Shown here piece by piece: positions 1 through 13,121 of a DNA stretch of 64,000 nt (the stretch's first letter is position 1; each line of letters starts with the position of its first letter). Source of the DNA: Rhizodiscina lignyota. Taxonomy: Eukaryota. The stretch is from assembly GCA_010015805.1 (NCBI GenBank), contig ML978124.1:1550001-1614000 (forward strand), read 5' to 3'. The translations under genes were made by a program, and so were the position numbers. The notes beneath the pieces are model-generated. The model was not told where the DNA came from and ran no database searches. It saw only the letters and a list, made by a program, of their open reading frames with translations.

Positions 1-718
1 GTTTCCAACCCGCCTTGAGCATGATGAGTCTCCACAGGTCCAGAACCGGGATGTTGAGGTCCTTGCCGACCTCACGGGCTGCATCTGCATATTCTTTCGT
101 GTGCTCCGCAGATCGACGAGCTATCGTGTAGCCCTTCGCTTGGTCGGTTATCCAAGTCTGGTACTCGTTGACTGGTGGGGGAGTGATGATAATTAAACGC
201 GCATTGTGCGCCTTGACAAGGGGATGAGTGAAGATTTTGATGAGATTTCCGGTATACTGCGGGATTGGGACGCTTTGGTTGTTCTGATCAGTGGGCCAGC
301 ACGCATCATTCGCTCCGTAGAATACCGCCTGCGAAATGATCAGGAGTCTGAAGTAGATCGGATGTTACGCTAGAATGAGGTTCCTGCTCTTACCATGAAG
401 CGTAGCTTCTCGTACTCCGGATTTGGCACAACCCGCTCAAGAACCTTGAGTGCTTGATCCGTGTTGTACCCGCTGTAATATTTAAACATATTAGCCCCCA
501 AACGCAAGGACGGGGCGATTTAGAAAGTACCTCATGCCCCTGTTCAATACCTCGAGTTTGCGAACGTAGGCTTTAATCGTCAGTAGTCGACCTTGTGATG
601 CGGTTGAAATCGTCATACCTCCCCTCAGAGCAGCAGCCCAAGCAAATCCGCGGTCTTGACCGTCGGCATCCTGAGTGATGGAGTCGCCAAACAAGAGAAA
701 CTTCTCATAGAGTGACAT
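1..718 (-). CDS. IAH1: SGNH/GDSL hydrolase, isoamyl acetate-hydrolysing esterase-like (spliced; 3' end runs off the window)
   Basis: ATG at 718 gives MSLYEKFLLFGDSITQ (GDS block I). After splicing it continues through RKLEVLNRGM-SGYNT (block II), FYGANDA (block III) and LIIITPPP. Confidence 0.85.
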
Positions 719-1572
719 TGACTGGGCAAAGCGTCAGAACTTGAAGTCATTACCGTCATTGAAACGTACCATGTTGAACGAGGGACTTGAAGCAATGAAA
801 AATGGAAGAACGGCTTATTAAATCTTCACTGAGCAGAGAAGTGCTTCATGAAGACTGTGGCAGTTCCGCCGGGGTCACTGAAGAGGAGCAACAATTCTCC
901 AGTTGAGTTCACCGCTAAAAATGTGGTTGGCGGCTGCGATGGTTCACCACGAAGCCTGTTGAATCATAAACCCAGTGACGAAAGGAGCAACGCAGCTCAG
1001 GGCGGCACTTTCGACGTGCGTGAAATTGACGATTCCAGAAACGGATGATTTCTCGTTGGAGGTGTGCATCAAGGGTCCAGTGTGTTCGCTGCGGCTCTTA
1101 CCGCACATGCATGTGCTTGCACCCGGGCAAGCGGGCCTAAGGAGCGCTTCGGCTGGCGCGCTAGGTTTGAGGTCATCTGCAAGGGATCGGGTGTAAGCCC
1201 GTTGACGTATTTGGCCTGCAACATACATATCAAGGCCCACTGACAAGTCATCCGGCTCAAGTCACGATCTCGTCCGAAGTTGATGTGGTTGCTGCGCTTG
1301 CTGCTCCTCTCAGTCTCGAGGCCAAAAGGCCAAGTCTTCCTTTCTTCACTCCGCAACGGAACAATGCTCGTGGCAGGCAGCTGTCTCCGTCCCATCAGCT
1401 GAACACTCCCCGACAGCTACCCCCGAAGCTCATTGAAATACTCCCCCGCGGGGTATAGAAATTTAGGAGTATGCAGCATTGCTCTTTGAAGCACCTCACC
1501 CGACAAAGTGTAATACTTGCTGATATCGTTTTCAGATGTTACAGAGTTCTGTTACATGTACATACGAGAACA

Positions 1573-4500
1573 ATGCCGCGATCCATATCTTCCTACTTCG
1601 ACGGCGTGGGCAGAGAAAGCCGGGATGGCGACGACGATGATGCAGATGGCCTTGACATTAACTTTAACCGCGCGAGGACCGCTCCACAATCTCCTGCTCT
1701 TTCACGCGTGCATAGGACAAGGTCGAGCGAAGCCGACTTCACACAACATAACCCTACTCGAGTCCAAACCGTAGATGAGACCTCGAGCTTGCTTGGGAAT
1801 AGAGATAGCATGATGCACTCGTACACCAGCATACCCGGCACACCGAGGCCATTTCAATATCGGCAGAGGAGCTACAGGGCACCCGGTAGCTTCAAGGCAC
1901 CTAGGAATCATAGCAGACGCGGATCATGGAGCATGCGGCTTGTCAATGCTTTGGACGAAGAACAGCGAGGGGCAACTGGTAGGCACTTTCACCCTTGATG
2001 AACCTCTTCTCAAATCAAAGCAAACGCTAAAACATTAGCGTAGAAAATAGCATGCATGCCTCGAAGCCGTCCCTCTATACCGATGAGCGTGTGTGGTACG
2101 ACCAGTTCACCTCGACAGATTGGGTTCATGATAGCATTGCCGATGCGTACCGAGTAAAGGCTTTGAGAAGCCGGAAAGACTTTAAGGGAAGACTATTGGC
2201 TTGGTTTGATGGTGCTCAAGGTTGGGTACTCGTCGCCATTATCGGATGTCTCACTGCACTCCTCGCCTACTTCGTCAACGTGACGGAGAGCATCTTATTC
2301 GACTACAAGTACGGCTATTGTAATGTTGGCTGGTATCTGAGCAAGAAGAAGTGTTGCTCCGGAGCGTCACTATGCGACGATTGGATTCCCTGGTCAGAGC
2401 TCATACGTTCGACCAGTGCAGAGAACGACACTGTTGAGTTCATCGTATTCACTGTCGCTGTAGTGATCCTCGCTGGACTCTCCTGTCTCCTGACGTTACT
2501 CACAAAGACTGTCATCCCATCTGCCATCTCTCTCAGCACATTGGATGAGAATTTAGGGGCAGACCGCAACTCGGATGAGGAGGATGAGGACAGAAAACAG
2601 AGCTTGACGCCAACGCAGAATTTCGACAAATCACAGCAACGCCCCCCGATGGTATATTATTCTGCTGCAGGGAGCGGCGTGGCAGAGATCAAAGTCCTCG
2701 TTTCTGGCTTTGTGTTGCACGGCTACCTGGGTGTGAAGACGCTCACTATCAAAAGCTTGGCTCTGATCCTTAGCGTTGCATCTGGCATGAGCCTTGGTAA
2801 AGAAGGACCGTATGTCCATATCGCAACATGTGTGGGTAATATCGCTTGCCGTCTGTTTGCAAAATATAACCACAATGATGGCAAACGACGAGAAGTGCTT
2901 AGCGCGAGCTCAGCAGCTGGTGTTGCCGTGGCGTTTGGCGCTCCCATTGGCGGTGTTCTTTTCAGTCTCGAAGAAGTCAGCTATTACTTTCCGCCAAAAA
3001 CTCTCTTTAGAACATTCTTCTGTTGCATTGTAAGCCACCTGTCATCCCTAGCATGAAAAGAAAGCTGACGTATCGTAGGCAGCGGCATTGTCCCTCAAGT
3101 TTCTCAATCCATACGGAACCGGCAAAATCGTCTTGTTTGAAGTGCGCTACCTGACTGACTGGAAGTTCTTCGAAATAATCGCATTTATCTTGACTGGCAT
3201 CATTGGCGGCGCAATGGGCGCCCTGTTTATTAAAGCATCGCGATTCTGGGCGAGAACATTTAGGCGCATTCCAACGATCAAAAGGTATCCATTGTTTGAA
3301 GTATGCCTCGTCGCGCTTATTACCGGCTTACTTAGCTACTGGAACCGCTTTACAAAGTTACCTGTCACCGAGCTCCTGTTCGAGCTTGCCAGTCCATGCG
3401 ATGCATTCACTAGCTCAGGATCCGGCCTCTGCCCGACGCGAGAGCAGATACCAAATGTGATAGGGTACCTGGCGATAGCCTTTTTCATCAAGGCATTCCT
3501 TACCATTATCACTTTCGGAATCAAAGTGCCTGCGGGCATATATGTGCCATCCATGGTGGTTGGTGGTATCATGGGTCGTATTGTGGGATTAATTGTCCAA
3601 TACCTGGCTCTCAACTATGCCTCTACAGGCCTCTTTGGCAAATGTGCTCTAGATGCGGACCCGGAATCCTGCGTTGTTCCTGGAGTCTACGCCATGGTAG
3701 CTGCAGGTGCGACCATGTGCGGTGTCACTCGTCTGTCTGTGACATTGGCTGTTATCCTGTTTGAGCTTACAGGCAGTTTGGATCATGTCCTTCCGTTTTC
3801 TCTTGGTGTGCTCGTCGCAAAGTGGACAGCCGACGCACTGGAACCTCTGAGCATATATGTAATGATTTGTCCATTTCAAAGTCGAACATCACTGACTTGT
3901 GTCATCTAGGACCTTCTCACTGACATGAACTCCTACCCTTTTCTCGACAACAAAGTCCGTCCCATTTTCACGACCACTCTTGGAGACATTATCCCTCGCG
4001 GCGTTCGCGAGTCTCGCGTTATTGACATCTCGTCCTCACCACTAGTCGCAGCGACTATACTGCGCGTGAAACTCGACCACCTCCAAATGTCCGGTGAACT
4101 TGATGGCGGCCTGCCCATTGTTCGTAATGGGATCCTTGTTGGCTTGATCCCCGCGCCCGATCTGGAGTTCGCTCTGGACAAGCTTGATGGGCAAGAGGAA
4201 GATTGCCTGTGCCTCATGAGCCCGCAGGTTGGGTGGGCTGGAGGCCCTGAGCAAGATGACTCTCCCGAGCTGCAGGAAGTAGAAGACCGTACTGATTTCA
4301 CTTCCTACATTGATCCGGTATGCCCTACTTCTGCGAACCAAAGGAATCAAAAACCTAATCGGATCATGGCTGACAAACACTTAGGCACCTGTCTCCCTGG
4401 ACATTCATAGCCCTATGGATCTTGTATACGAGTGCTTTGTCAAATTGGGATTAAGATACATATGTGTATTGAGGGATGGTCATTACGCTGGATTGGTAAG

Positions 4501-4624
4501 CTCGCCAACTTTATCGCTCTTACTATTACTATGGGAATTGACTTCGGTCTAACTTTGAATATAGGTGCACAAGAAGAAGTTTGTCAAGTATACCAAAGAG
4601 GCGGGAGCTGGCTTGCACGGTTAG
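1573..4624 (+). CDS. CLC-family chloride channel / Cl-/H+ antiporter with C-terminal CBS region (multi-exon)
   Basis: Contains the CLC signature motifs GSGVAE, GKEGP, GGVLFSLEE, GIYVP and PLSIY. Short GT-AG introns join the exons (first 1979-2043). The last exon reads VHKKKFVKYTKEAGAGLHG* and ends at 4624. Confidence 0.93.
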
Positions 4625-5118
4625 ACAGGCTTACGGTTCCTTTCTGTTTCGTCATTCCATTGGGACATGTGCGCATTTCCACTGCTTCCCGATTCGTTGC
4701 GTGTACGAATCTTGCATATTGAGAACCCACACAGTAGACTGTTTGCAGGATACCCGACATTTCTTCACCTGGTGTACCCGACGTCCTTGGCTAGCATTAT
4801 GCGCTATCCACTTTCTAGTCATTGCTTTGCGCGCATTTATAGACTCTCCAATTATACCTCGATTGATTTGGTACTGTCTACTCAGACAAGCGTTGGGCAT
4901 CGATTGAAGGGGACTGTTTGCTCGCGAAGACCCCGCCGATTTCAGTAACACGACGCCTCGGCCAGGCGCAGCATCGCCTGCAAGTCGGTCATTCGCAGGC
5001 TGTCGATTGTCAGCGAGGACCTCATGTTTGCCAGGCATTGCGACCTGATGTCTCAGTTCTGCCTTTTCAATCCCTCCTCAACGTCCTCTTGAGTCCCGTT
5101 CATACACTAATCTAGGTA

Positions 5119-6936
5119 ATGGCTGCACCCACATCTCCGACATCGACCACCGCAGTCGTCGCTCTCGGTGCCGTCTTCGGTGCGTTGGGCCTTGCTGCCG
5201 CGTTGCTGCTGCTCGAGTGGTGGGTGCGCAAGAGAAAATATGGATGGGGCGGCTTTCCATGGGGTCCACAGTACCGAGCTGAGCACGCGAGGGACCTAGT
5301 AAGAGAGAGGGGAGCATTTGGGGCAAGAGCTGGAGATGGCGCGAGGTTGGTGAAGGCGAATATTGCAGATGGAGACTTGGAGGCGCAGAGGGGAAGGATG
5401 GGGCATGTCGGCAGTTCTCAGGTCGCAAGGCGAAAAGGCTCCGGGCAGCTTTGGTGGAAGACAAGTGCTGATGAGCGAGACGATGAAAGTGCGTTGAAGA
5501 GAGGGAAGGATCGACGAGCCAGGAGCGAGCGTCCGCCTGGTGGTGCAGCCAGAGATAGTGTTCGGAGAAGGGCGATTGCGAGACGGGACGAGGAAAAGAG
5601 GTCGAGGTTCTGCCCCCGAAGAGATTTTGAGACGTCTTCACTCGAATACGACGACGACATGAGCACAGTGTTTAGCAGCAGTGATGAGACTGAGCCAGAA
5701 CCTTGGCGACGACGGAGCAGCCGCCCAAGAGTTCCATATCATTCTCGCTCACAGTCGAGAGCTACAACGCTTGTTGAGCGTCCACAACGGACATATCAGA
5801 GTGAATACAATAGGGCCCCAACGGGTTATGACGGAGGGCGGAAGTTCGCCGCAAACGCTGAGAATGCTGGACCTTGGTTCAACTCAAATGTAGTAGCAGC
5901 GCCCCAGCGTTGGAATCCTCAGTACCCAATAGTCAATCAATACGGTCCTTGGCCCCCTGCATACCCAGAAGAGCCGCGATATGGGCAGATGTGGCATAGT
6001 CACCCAGGCGCTGCTCCTGGTGCTGCTCTGTTCCTCCCTCAAGCTCAAGCGAATCTTCAATGGCCAGGCGTGGCACCAACATGGCAAGATCAGCGTAGTA
6101 TGCCAACTGTTCCGCAACCAGTGTCCTTTCCGGGACGGCAAACTTGGGACAGCAACAGAAATATGCAGCGAGGCTTCACCAACCCTTACCCGTCAAGGGA
6201 AGACTATCATACAGGAGGCAGAGTCTTCGAGACAGAGGACTTTCCAATGTCGTCACCGGAACTTGAGAGCAAGCCAGCCCCAGTGGCACAGCCGAGACCG
6301 AGTCCTCCGAAAGAGCTGGGCTCTCCAGAGCACAAAGGGCAGACTAATAGCAAGTTCCCTGCAGCGAGCCGTGGGAAAATGGAGACAAGAGCAAGTGCGA
6401 GACCGAGGCCAGCATTGGGCAAGAAAACCTTCTCGGCAGCATCGGTTCGAGGGCCCAAGGCAGGCCGCAAGATATCGGCACCTGGACAGGCAAAAAGACA
6501 AAAGGCCATGCCAAAAGCCTCGATGGAGGTTGAAGAGTTAGTCGAGGGGTCGGGGCAAAGCCAGCACTATCCCGCAAGCCTGACCGTGAAAGACAATGCC
6601 CCGCAACCGGTGGAAGGGGGCGCAGGGGCGGAAATCATCAGTCTGATAAACAACTCCTTGATGGAGCTTCCGCCAGTACAAGAAGATGGGGACGAGGAGA
6701 TCATTATCATGCCAGATGTCGAGGTAGAACAGAGGGCAATCGCGCAGAATGCACGCATTCCACCCTTCGGAGGAGTGTCACTGCCACCGGCCCTGATTGG
6801 CATGGGAACTGCGAGGATGGGACCAAGACTATCTATGGCTATGAGAGGTGGTGCGACGCGAAGAGGGAGTGGAGCTCGCGTTGCCAGGCAGAAGATGGCT
6901 GAGCAGAGTGGGAGGATTGAAGAACTGGGATCTTGA
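5119..6936 (+). CDS. Hypothetical protein with one N-terminal transmembrane helix and a long disordered R/P/Q-rich tail
   Basis: 605-aa uninterrupted ORF. The hydrophobic run AVVALGAVFGALGLAAALLLLEWWV is followed by basic RKRK. Confidence 0.7.
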   Translation: MAAPTSPTSTTAVVALGAVFGALGLAAALLLLEWWVRKRKYGWGGFPWGPQYRAEHARDLVRERGAFGARAGDGARLVKANIADGDLEAQRGRMGHVGSSQVARRKGSGQLWWKTSADERDDESALKRGKDRRARSERPPGGAARDSVRRRAIARRDEEKRSRFCPRRDFETSSLEYDDDMSTVFSSSDETEPEPWRRRSSRPRVPYHSRSQSRATTLVERPQRTYQSEYNRAPTGYDGGRKFAANAENAGPWFNSNVVAAPQRWNPQYPIVNQYGPWPPAYPEEPRYGQMWHSHPGAAPGAALFLPQAQANLQWPGVAPTWQDQRSMPTVPQPVSFPGRQTWDSNRNMQRGFTNPYPSREDYHTGGRVFETEDFPMSSPELESKPAPVAQPRPSPPKELGSPEHKGQTNSKFPAASRGKMETRASARPRPALGKKTFSAASVRGPKAGRKISAPGQAKRQKAMPKASMEVEELVEGSGQSQHYPASLTVKDNAPQPVEGGAGAEIISLINNSLMELPPVQEDGDEEIIIMPDVEVEQRAIAQNARIPPFGGVSLPPALIGMGTARMGPRLSMAMRGGATRRGSGARVARQKMAEQSGRIEELGS

Positions 6937-8713
6937 AAGTGCTATCCAAATGTAGGAGAGGTATGGTACAAAGTCTTTAAGGTTCGTAGCGTTAGGCCAC
7001 GAATAGTTTGAAGCAGACTGCCGCACACGGCAGATGTCATTGCAGAAGCTCCTGCCTTCTTGCCCGCTCAAGCCTTGGGTATCACATGCAAGGTACGCTC
7101 ACGAGAAACTAACTCCTTCGTATTGCTGCAGAGTGTCAGTTCTTCAGCTGTTGCTGAAGGCATATTGGGGACTCCATCGAGTAGGATGCTGAGCTTCCCG
7201 GAAGCAAACTTGGAGAGCAGTTCGACGTTAGGTTCGATGAATGTCCTCTGGATTTTCACCTGTAGCTATATACACTCTCCAGCTCCAAGAGTGTTTGTTA
7301 TTCATGACGTAAACTGACGTGGTGGCATCGGCCATCTCGAGCTGGGAGCTACCTCAACGTTCCCGCGGAGTCAATCTACTTCAATAATTGCTGCATTCAG
7401 AGATGCATTTGCGCCTGTCTCAACGCTGGCTATTGCACAGTTCCTCGCAAGTCGCATGCAGTGATCTTGACGAGGACATGGAGCCAGTTTTCTTGCCATG
7501 CAGCTTCTACGTCGCAAGTAACCTCGCGGCCTGAAAGCGGTTTCGAGACGTACGTAGTTCATTCGAATTGGCTTTCCCAGCTATTCCCAGAACGAGTTGG
7601 CCTCCGCATTCGACGAGCCGGTCCCAGACTTTGCTTCGCGTCGCGCGACGCGGGAGCAGCCTTCGGTGGTCGGGGTTTGCGCGTCAGGGTCGTGGGGAGC
7701 TTCAAGCACGGCGAATAGAGAAGACGATGGAGTTGGCTTTGCATGTGGGAAAACTTGATCTGAGCTGACGATCAGCAGTTCCTACGCATGCAGTCCGCCC
7801 TACAAGGCGAAAATAGCTGACCGGCCTGCAAGTTCTCGTCTCTCAAAAACTGCCACGCATGGACGTGCAGCTGCAGTGCGGCTCGTCAGACACAGGGAGA
7901 AGAGTCGGAAGAGTCATCGGCGTGCGAGGGGAAGGGTCAGTAGGCGCGTTTTAAAGGGCAATGGACACGGCCAGACGCTGATTCGAGTCTTGCTCCTGGT
8001 CGGAGGCAAAGGTCGTGACTCGTATTTCGATGCCGTGGGCGGTGGTGCGGAAATTAACTGCGAAAGACGCCCTGGCCCGATGCGCTGCAGCAAATCACAG
8101 GGCTCGCGCGGCGAGGGCAACCAGGTGCAGATTACGCCCAAGTATTCGGCTTGCCGGTCATTCGGACGCAGGCATCGTCTTTGCATGGAAACAAGAAACG
8201 TGCCGGTGCTGGGTCGGCCTGGCAAAAGACGCTTGTCAGATGTGAAGCAGGCCCAGGAACGCCTGGCTGGCTGGCAAGCTCTAGCGCGCCTTCGCTTCCA
8301 CGACGCAGAAAAGGACTACGAGCGTCAGCGCAGCGTCGCCTCATACACAAACGCAACACTGCTTCCAATCATCTGCGCAACCTCTACATGAACACTGCAT
8401 TGCTTCTGCCCATACTTGCCCGGCGCACCGTTTAGTAATGCGCTAATCGCAGCTGAGCGACGGTGTAGCTCCCATAAGCTGACCACCGCAAGCACCGCCT
8501 CTGCCTCCCAAAATCTACAGCACCTCCGACTCGAACTGCTTCTTCATCTGCCCACCGCCCTCTGCACCACGCCTTTTGGAACTCTTGTGCAACCGCAGAG
8601 CCCGAGAGCTGGGATGCTCCACCCGTTGCCATGAAGCGCAAATTTCACATTTCGCTCGGCCATCTGGTAGGCTGTTTTTGCTTTTGTTGCGAGAGGCCCG
8701 GATATCCACCACC

Positions 8714-10495
8714 ATGACGAGATTTGGACGCTCAGGTACTTACTTTGAACAGCGCATGCCGACAAAGGCCGAGACTCGCGCACTCGAGGAATCCATCAAC
8801 AGCCGATACTCCCCACCCTCTTCCCCGTTGATCGAGCGACGACCGCTCACGCCAACCACAGAAGCCGAGCTCAAGGCTGCGTGTGCAGCAGTTGCCCGGG
8901 ACTATAAACCATCCGACACAGAACTCGAGCATGACAACAGAGTTGCCGAGGTCAATGCCCAGCAGATCGCGAGGGCGAAGAGGGAGGAAGCTGCTCGCCG
9001 GGAGAGCCAGTCGCGATACGTGAATTCGAGATTCGACGGATTTCCCAGCACAGCACCCCACGTGTCACGCCCAACAAAACATTCCTACCAACCAGACGCT
9101 CCGATACAAGAGGTGATTGCAGAGCCCCAAGGGGCGGAGCCAAGACATGCTGCAAATGTGGGCAAGCAGCGGGAGTCGCGTCAACTAAGGAGTAGTCAAT
9201 CCGCATATCCACCAAGACGATCTTCATTACTCCCACCTCCCGTTGCTACCGAAGCAGACCTTGCGAAGATCAGTGAGAGACCTGTGACTGCACCTCAAGA
9301 TCATCCATCGGACAGTAGCTCTTCGACTCCGAGGACAGGGTCCACGGATCACCGTTTTGGACAACCATCAACAGACATGACATCTGCAGCATGGACCGCT
9401 CCGAGCTCGAAACACACGTCGTCGAACCAACTGCCTGCGGATCAGGCTGCCGCCATGCGTGCTGACGCCCAAGCATCGGACTGGATGAAGCAGGAGATGG
9501 AGAGACGTCGGTCTCGCCGCGAGCAGGCGCAGCAGAATCCACCGTCGGAGAAACAGCCTTCACCAAGTCGAGGAAGTAGTCGAGGCAGAAGCATTCGTAG
9601 CGATCTGAGAGAGTACATGCGGCCAAGGTCGACGAGCCGTGGACGACCTCCCTCCAGCGGACAAGACAGTAATTCCTCGAACCATGGCTGGCGAAGCTGG
9701 GGTTTCCAGAGGCGAATGAGTTACTCTCACTTGGTTTTAGGTCGGCCAGGCAGCACCACCTCGCTTGCCGAAGTAGTAAAGGGCGGGGATAAGAACCCGG
9801 GGGTCGACCTTAATCGGGAGCTGCCGCCACTGCCAGGACTAGACCAGTGGAAGGGACCAGAAGATGAGACTGAGGAGAAACCCGCGAATGGTGTGCATAT
9901 CGCCGCGCTCATGCGTACGGAGAGTAAAGGTCGCGCGAACAAGAAGTCGGCGAGCTTTTCGGAGAGCATGCCCAACCTCTTGCCAAACGGTGCAAGCAGA
10001 GCTGACAGCGTTGCTGTTGCTCAAGCTGTTCCGCTGCGCGTGTTTCCAACTTCGAGGGAGATGCAGCCTCGCAGTTATTCGTCCTTGGCCCAGAGGAACG
10101 ACGGCCTACATCATGCGGTCACGTCCCCGGTGGGAGCGCCGTCAGTAACAGGTGCTAAGCACGTGCGTCATAAAACCTCATCTTCGACAGCCAGTGCACC
10201 GAATTTCAGTCGCAAACTGAGCACCGATCAGGGAGGTCGGCCGCGCGGCTCGATTACTGCTCTACCGTCTATGACCTCGACCACGCCGTCGACCGACAAG
10301 AAGGGATTGAATCTCAAGAAGATGTTTTCTGGCTTTGGAAAGACTAAGGAGCCCAAGTCTGCTGGCAGACCTGGAAGCAGGGGCGCGAGGAGGGCAGAGG
10401 GTGACTGGATGGCCGAAGTCGAGTCAAACGGAGGCGTGAGAAACGGGATGCTTGTAATTGACGAGGCGGCTGGCGCGCCTGTCGTGAGGTATTAA
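8714..10495 (+). CDS. Hypothetical Ser/Arg/Pro-rich disordered protein
   Basis: Long single ORF. The first good ATG is in ACCATG context at 8714. Short motif-like islands are VDLNRELPPLPGLDQW and C-terminal IDEAAGAPVVRY. Confidence 0.75.
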   Translation: MTRFGRSGTYFEQRMPTKAETRALEESINSRYSPPSSPLIERRPLTPTTEAELKAACAAVARDYKPSDTELEHDNRVAEVNAQQIARAKREEAARRESQSRYVNSRFDGFPSTAPHVSRPTKHSYQPDAPIQEVIAEPQGAEPRHAANVGKQRESRQLRSSQSAYPPRRSSLLPPPVATEADLAKISERPVTAPQDHPSDSSSSTPRTGSTDHRFGQPSTDMTSAAWTAPSSKHTSSNQLPADQAAAMRADAQASDWMKQEMERRRSRREQAQQNPPSEKQPSPSRGSSRGRSIRSDLREYMRPRSTSRGRPPSSGQDSNSSNHGWRSWGFQRRMSYSHLVLGRPGSTTSLAEVVKGGDKNPGVDLNRELPPLPGLDQWKGPEDETEEKPANGVHIAALMRTESKGRANKKSASFSESMPNLLPNGASRADSVAVAQAVPLRVFPTSREMQPRSYSSLAQRNDGLHHAVTSPVGAPSVTGAKHVRHKTSSSTASAPNFSRKLSTDQGGRPRGSITALPSMTSTTPSTDKKGLNLKKMFSGFGKTKEPKSAGRPGSRGARRAEGDWMAEVESNGGVRNGMLVIDEAAGAPVVRY

Positions 10496-10917
10496 TTGGT
10501 TCTTGGGGATTCACTTCTTCTGGGGTTCATATTTGACAGCAGACCGTTTAGTGTCTCGCGTTGGCCTTGTTATGCCCTGGCGGTGGAATGCGTTTTGACG
10601 AAGCGATGACGATCCAATGGGCATGGTTTGACTGAACGAGGGCGCAAAGCCACTCCTCTTTCTTGATAATGAAGGTTACTGTAATGGAATTAATGTCTTC
10701 TGACAGCTGTTCATTTGCTTCACATTGCTCCTTGGCCCCTTCCTCCGTGCCTCTCCTTGCAGCGGCGTCATAGGGGATCGGTCGACGTATCACGTGGACG
10801 GCGGCCTCGTGGGCCTGGTGAGTGGATCTTACAGCTTCATCTGCCCCTGCCTTGATTTGCGTCTGCGAAACATTTTCGACACCGCGCCCTACCAGGCGCC
10901 GGGTGCGAGCAGACAGC

Positions 10918-13121
10918 ATGTATCAGCAGACTGACCGCCCACCCGCTCTCCTGGCAGATGCTTCAACTGCTGCACACGACAAGAGAGTGAGTACTCCCGA
11001 CGCCCAGGCAGGTGCAGAGCAGCCAGCTTCATCATCAGCGCCAACACGGGAACAGCCTCAGTATCGCGAGTCTCTCGACCAAGTCGCCGCCGACAACCAG
11101 CGAGCCTTTGATTTGAACGCCGGTTTCAATGTCGCTCCGACGCGTCTGACCGAGTTTACCGTCCCGCCTCTCAACCTGCCCTTATCACACAACGACCTTC
11201 CGCAGACCCCCTCCATCTCCGGCCCCGAACACTTTCACCAGGGTCTCCATATCATTCCGCCCTCAGTCATCGCAGACGACGATACTCACGGCGCACGCCC
11301 GCCTCCAATTGCTACAGACAGACCCCTCAAAACTGTTTGGTCGACCGCAAGCATGGCGAATTCGCTCTCTCCCGCCCCCAGCTCCGTCTCGTCGCCCGCC
11401 CTTGCTGCCATGTCTGACATCACTCCTCTCCCCTCCCCGCTGATGGTGGGGAGTAGTTCGCCGCCGTCCTGGAGGCGCGCGCAGACGTCGAGGCCCGGAT
11501 CGCAGGGAGAGAACGTGCCTCTGTCGAGGGACCAGCAATTGCTCGGGTCAAGCAACAACTCGCCGACGAAGAAGAAGGCTTATGGAACTCTGACGCCAGC
11601 TTTGCTGGAGGCGAGCCGGCAGTATACGCAGGGACAACGTGGAGTGAGGAATCACAGCAGGAACAGGAGTCTGAGTGAATACACGCCCGAGATCCTCCAC
11701 AATACACGGCCGCGCCATGTCACGCTGACAGAGAGCTCCGCTCCACCGAATACCGCGACTCTGCTGCATCGCGAGCATTATCTAGCCGAAGAGCGTGGTT
11801 TCGCCATCGCAGCGCCGCCGCATTTCCCGCAGCCAACCTTGCCTACACCACCTCCGAGCAATGTGAGCACGACCGAGAGCGAGGGCGAGGAGATCAAGGA
11901 CGAAGATGCTGGTGCTCAGGTCGAGGTCTACACGATTCGCAACTCCTCTGGCAGCAAGCGACAGAAGACCTACAGACCGGTCCGTTTACTCGGTCAGGGC
12001 ACATTCAGCAAGGTCGTCCTCGCGACCTCCGATCCGCAGTACCTCTCCTCGAAGACTGTTCCTCCAGAGCCTGCACTGAATCCCAAATCACTTGTTGCTA
12101 TCAAGATAGTCGAGCATGGCCCTGCTGGCGGCGCAGACGAAGAGCGTGTGGAGCTCGGTCTTCACCGTGAAGTCGAGACGCTGATGAGCCTGTCTCACCC
12201 CGCCCTTGTACGAATCAGGACATTCGACCTGGACACGAGTCCAGCTCTGCTCATCCTCGACTACTGCCCAGGCGGCGACTTGTTCGACCTGGCAACACAG
12301 GCTCGTGAACCGCTGCAGCAGGGTATAGTAAGGCGCATCTTTGCAGAGCTGGTCAGCGCGGTGAAATACCTGCATGGCCAATGGATTGCCCATCGTGACA
12401 TCAAGCTGGAGAGTATGCTCTCCCTTCTCTCAACACGGCTGCTCTCCAATACTCTACTGCTGACGAACTATCAGACGTCCTCGTCAATCTGTCTCCCACG
12501 ACCCTCCTCCACCCGCCTCCAGACTTCCTCGCCGCACTCCCGTCCCATCCCTACCCCATGATCACCCTAACTGATCTCGGCCTGTGCAAACGCATCCCGC
12601 AACCGCCGGACTCCCCTCTCCTCACCACCCGCTGCGGCTCCGAAGACTACGCCGCCCCCGAAATCCTGCTCGGCCAACCGTACGATGGCCGCGCAACAGA
12701 CTCCTGGGCGCTAGGCGTGCTGCTGTACGCGCTGATGGAGCGCCGCCTCCCATTCGACGCCCCGCCCGGCATGAAGGGCCGCAAAGGCCGGCCCGCGCAC
12801 CGCATCGCGCGCTGTGAGTGGGTGTGGTGCCGCTTCGGCGACGAGGACGGCGACTGGGAGGACGTCGAGAAGAATCGGGAGTGGGGCGGCGCGCGGAGGG
12901 CGGTCGAGGGCCTGCTCAAGAAGGTCAGTAGGGGCCGGGCGAGTCTGGACGACGTCGCGGAGATGGAGTGGGTGAAGCAGGCGATTGAGGTTGACAGCGG
13001 GCTTAGGAGGCCGGTGGAGGAGGAGGAGGAGGAAAGGGAGGAAAGGCCGATGAGGTATCCGTTTAAGAGGATGGATACCGGCCTGATTATTAGGAGGAAC
13101 GAGGGCGATGAGGAGAATTGA
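10918..13121 (+). CDS. PRR1: Ser/Thr protein kinase, PRR1-like, with long disordered N-terminus (2 exons)
   Basis: Kinase motifs LGQGTFSKV, VAIK, HRDIKLE|NVL (intron about 12414-12474), DLG, TRCGSEDYAAPE and DSWALGV are present. The TRCGSEDY and RLPFD-PP motifs recall yeast Prr1. Confidence 0.85.
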
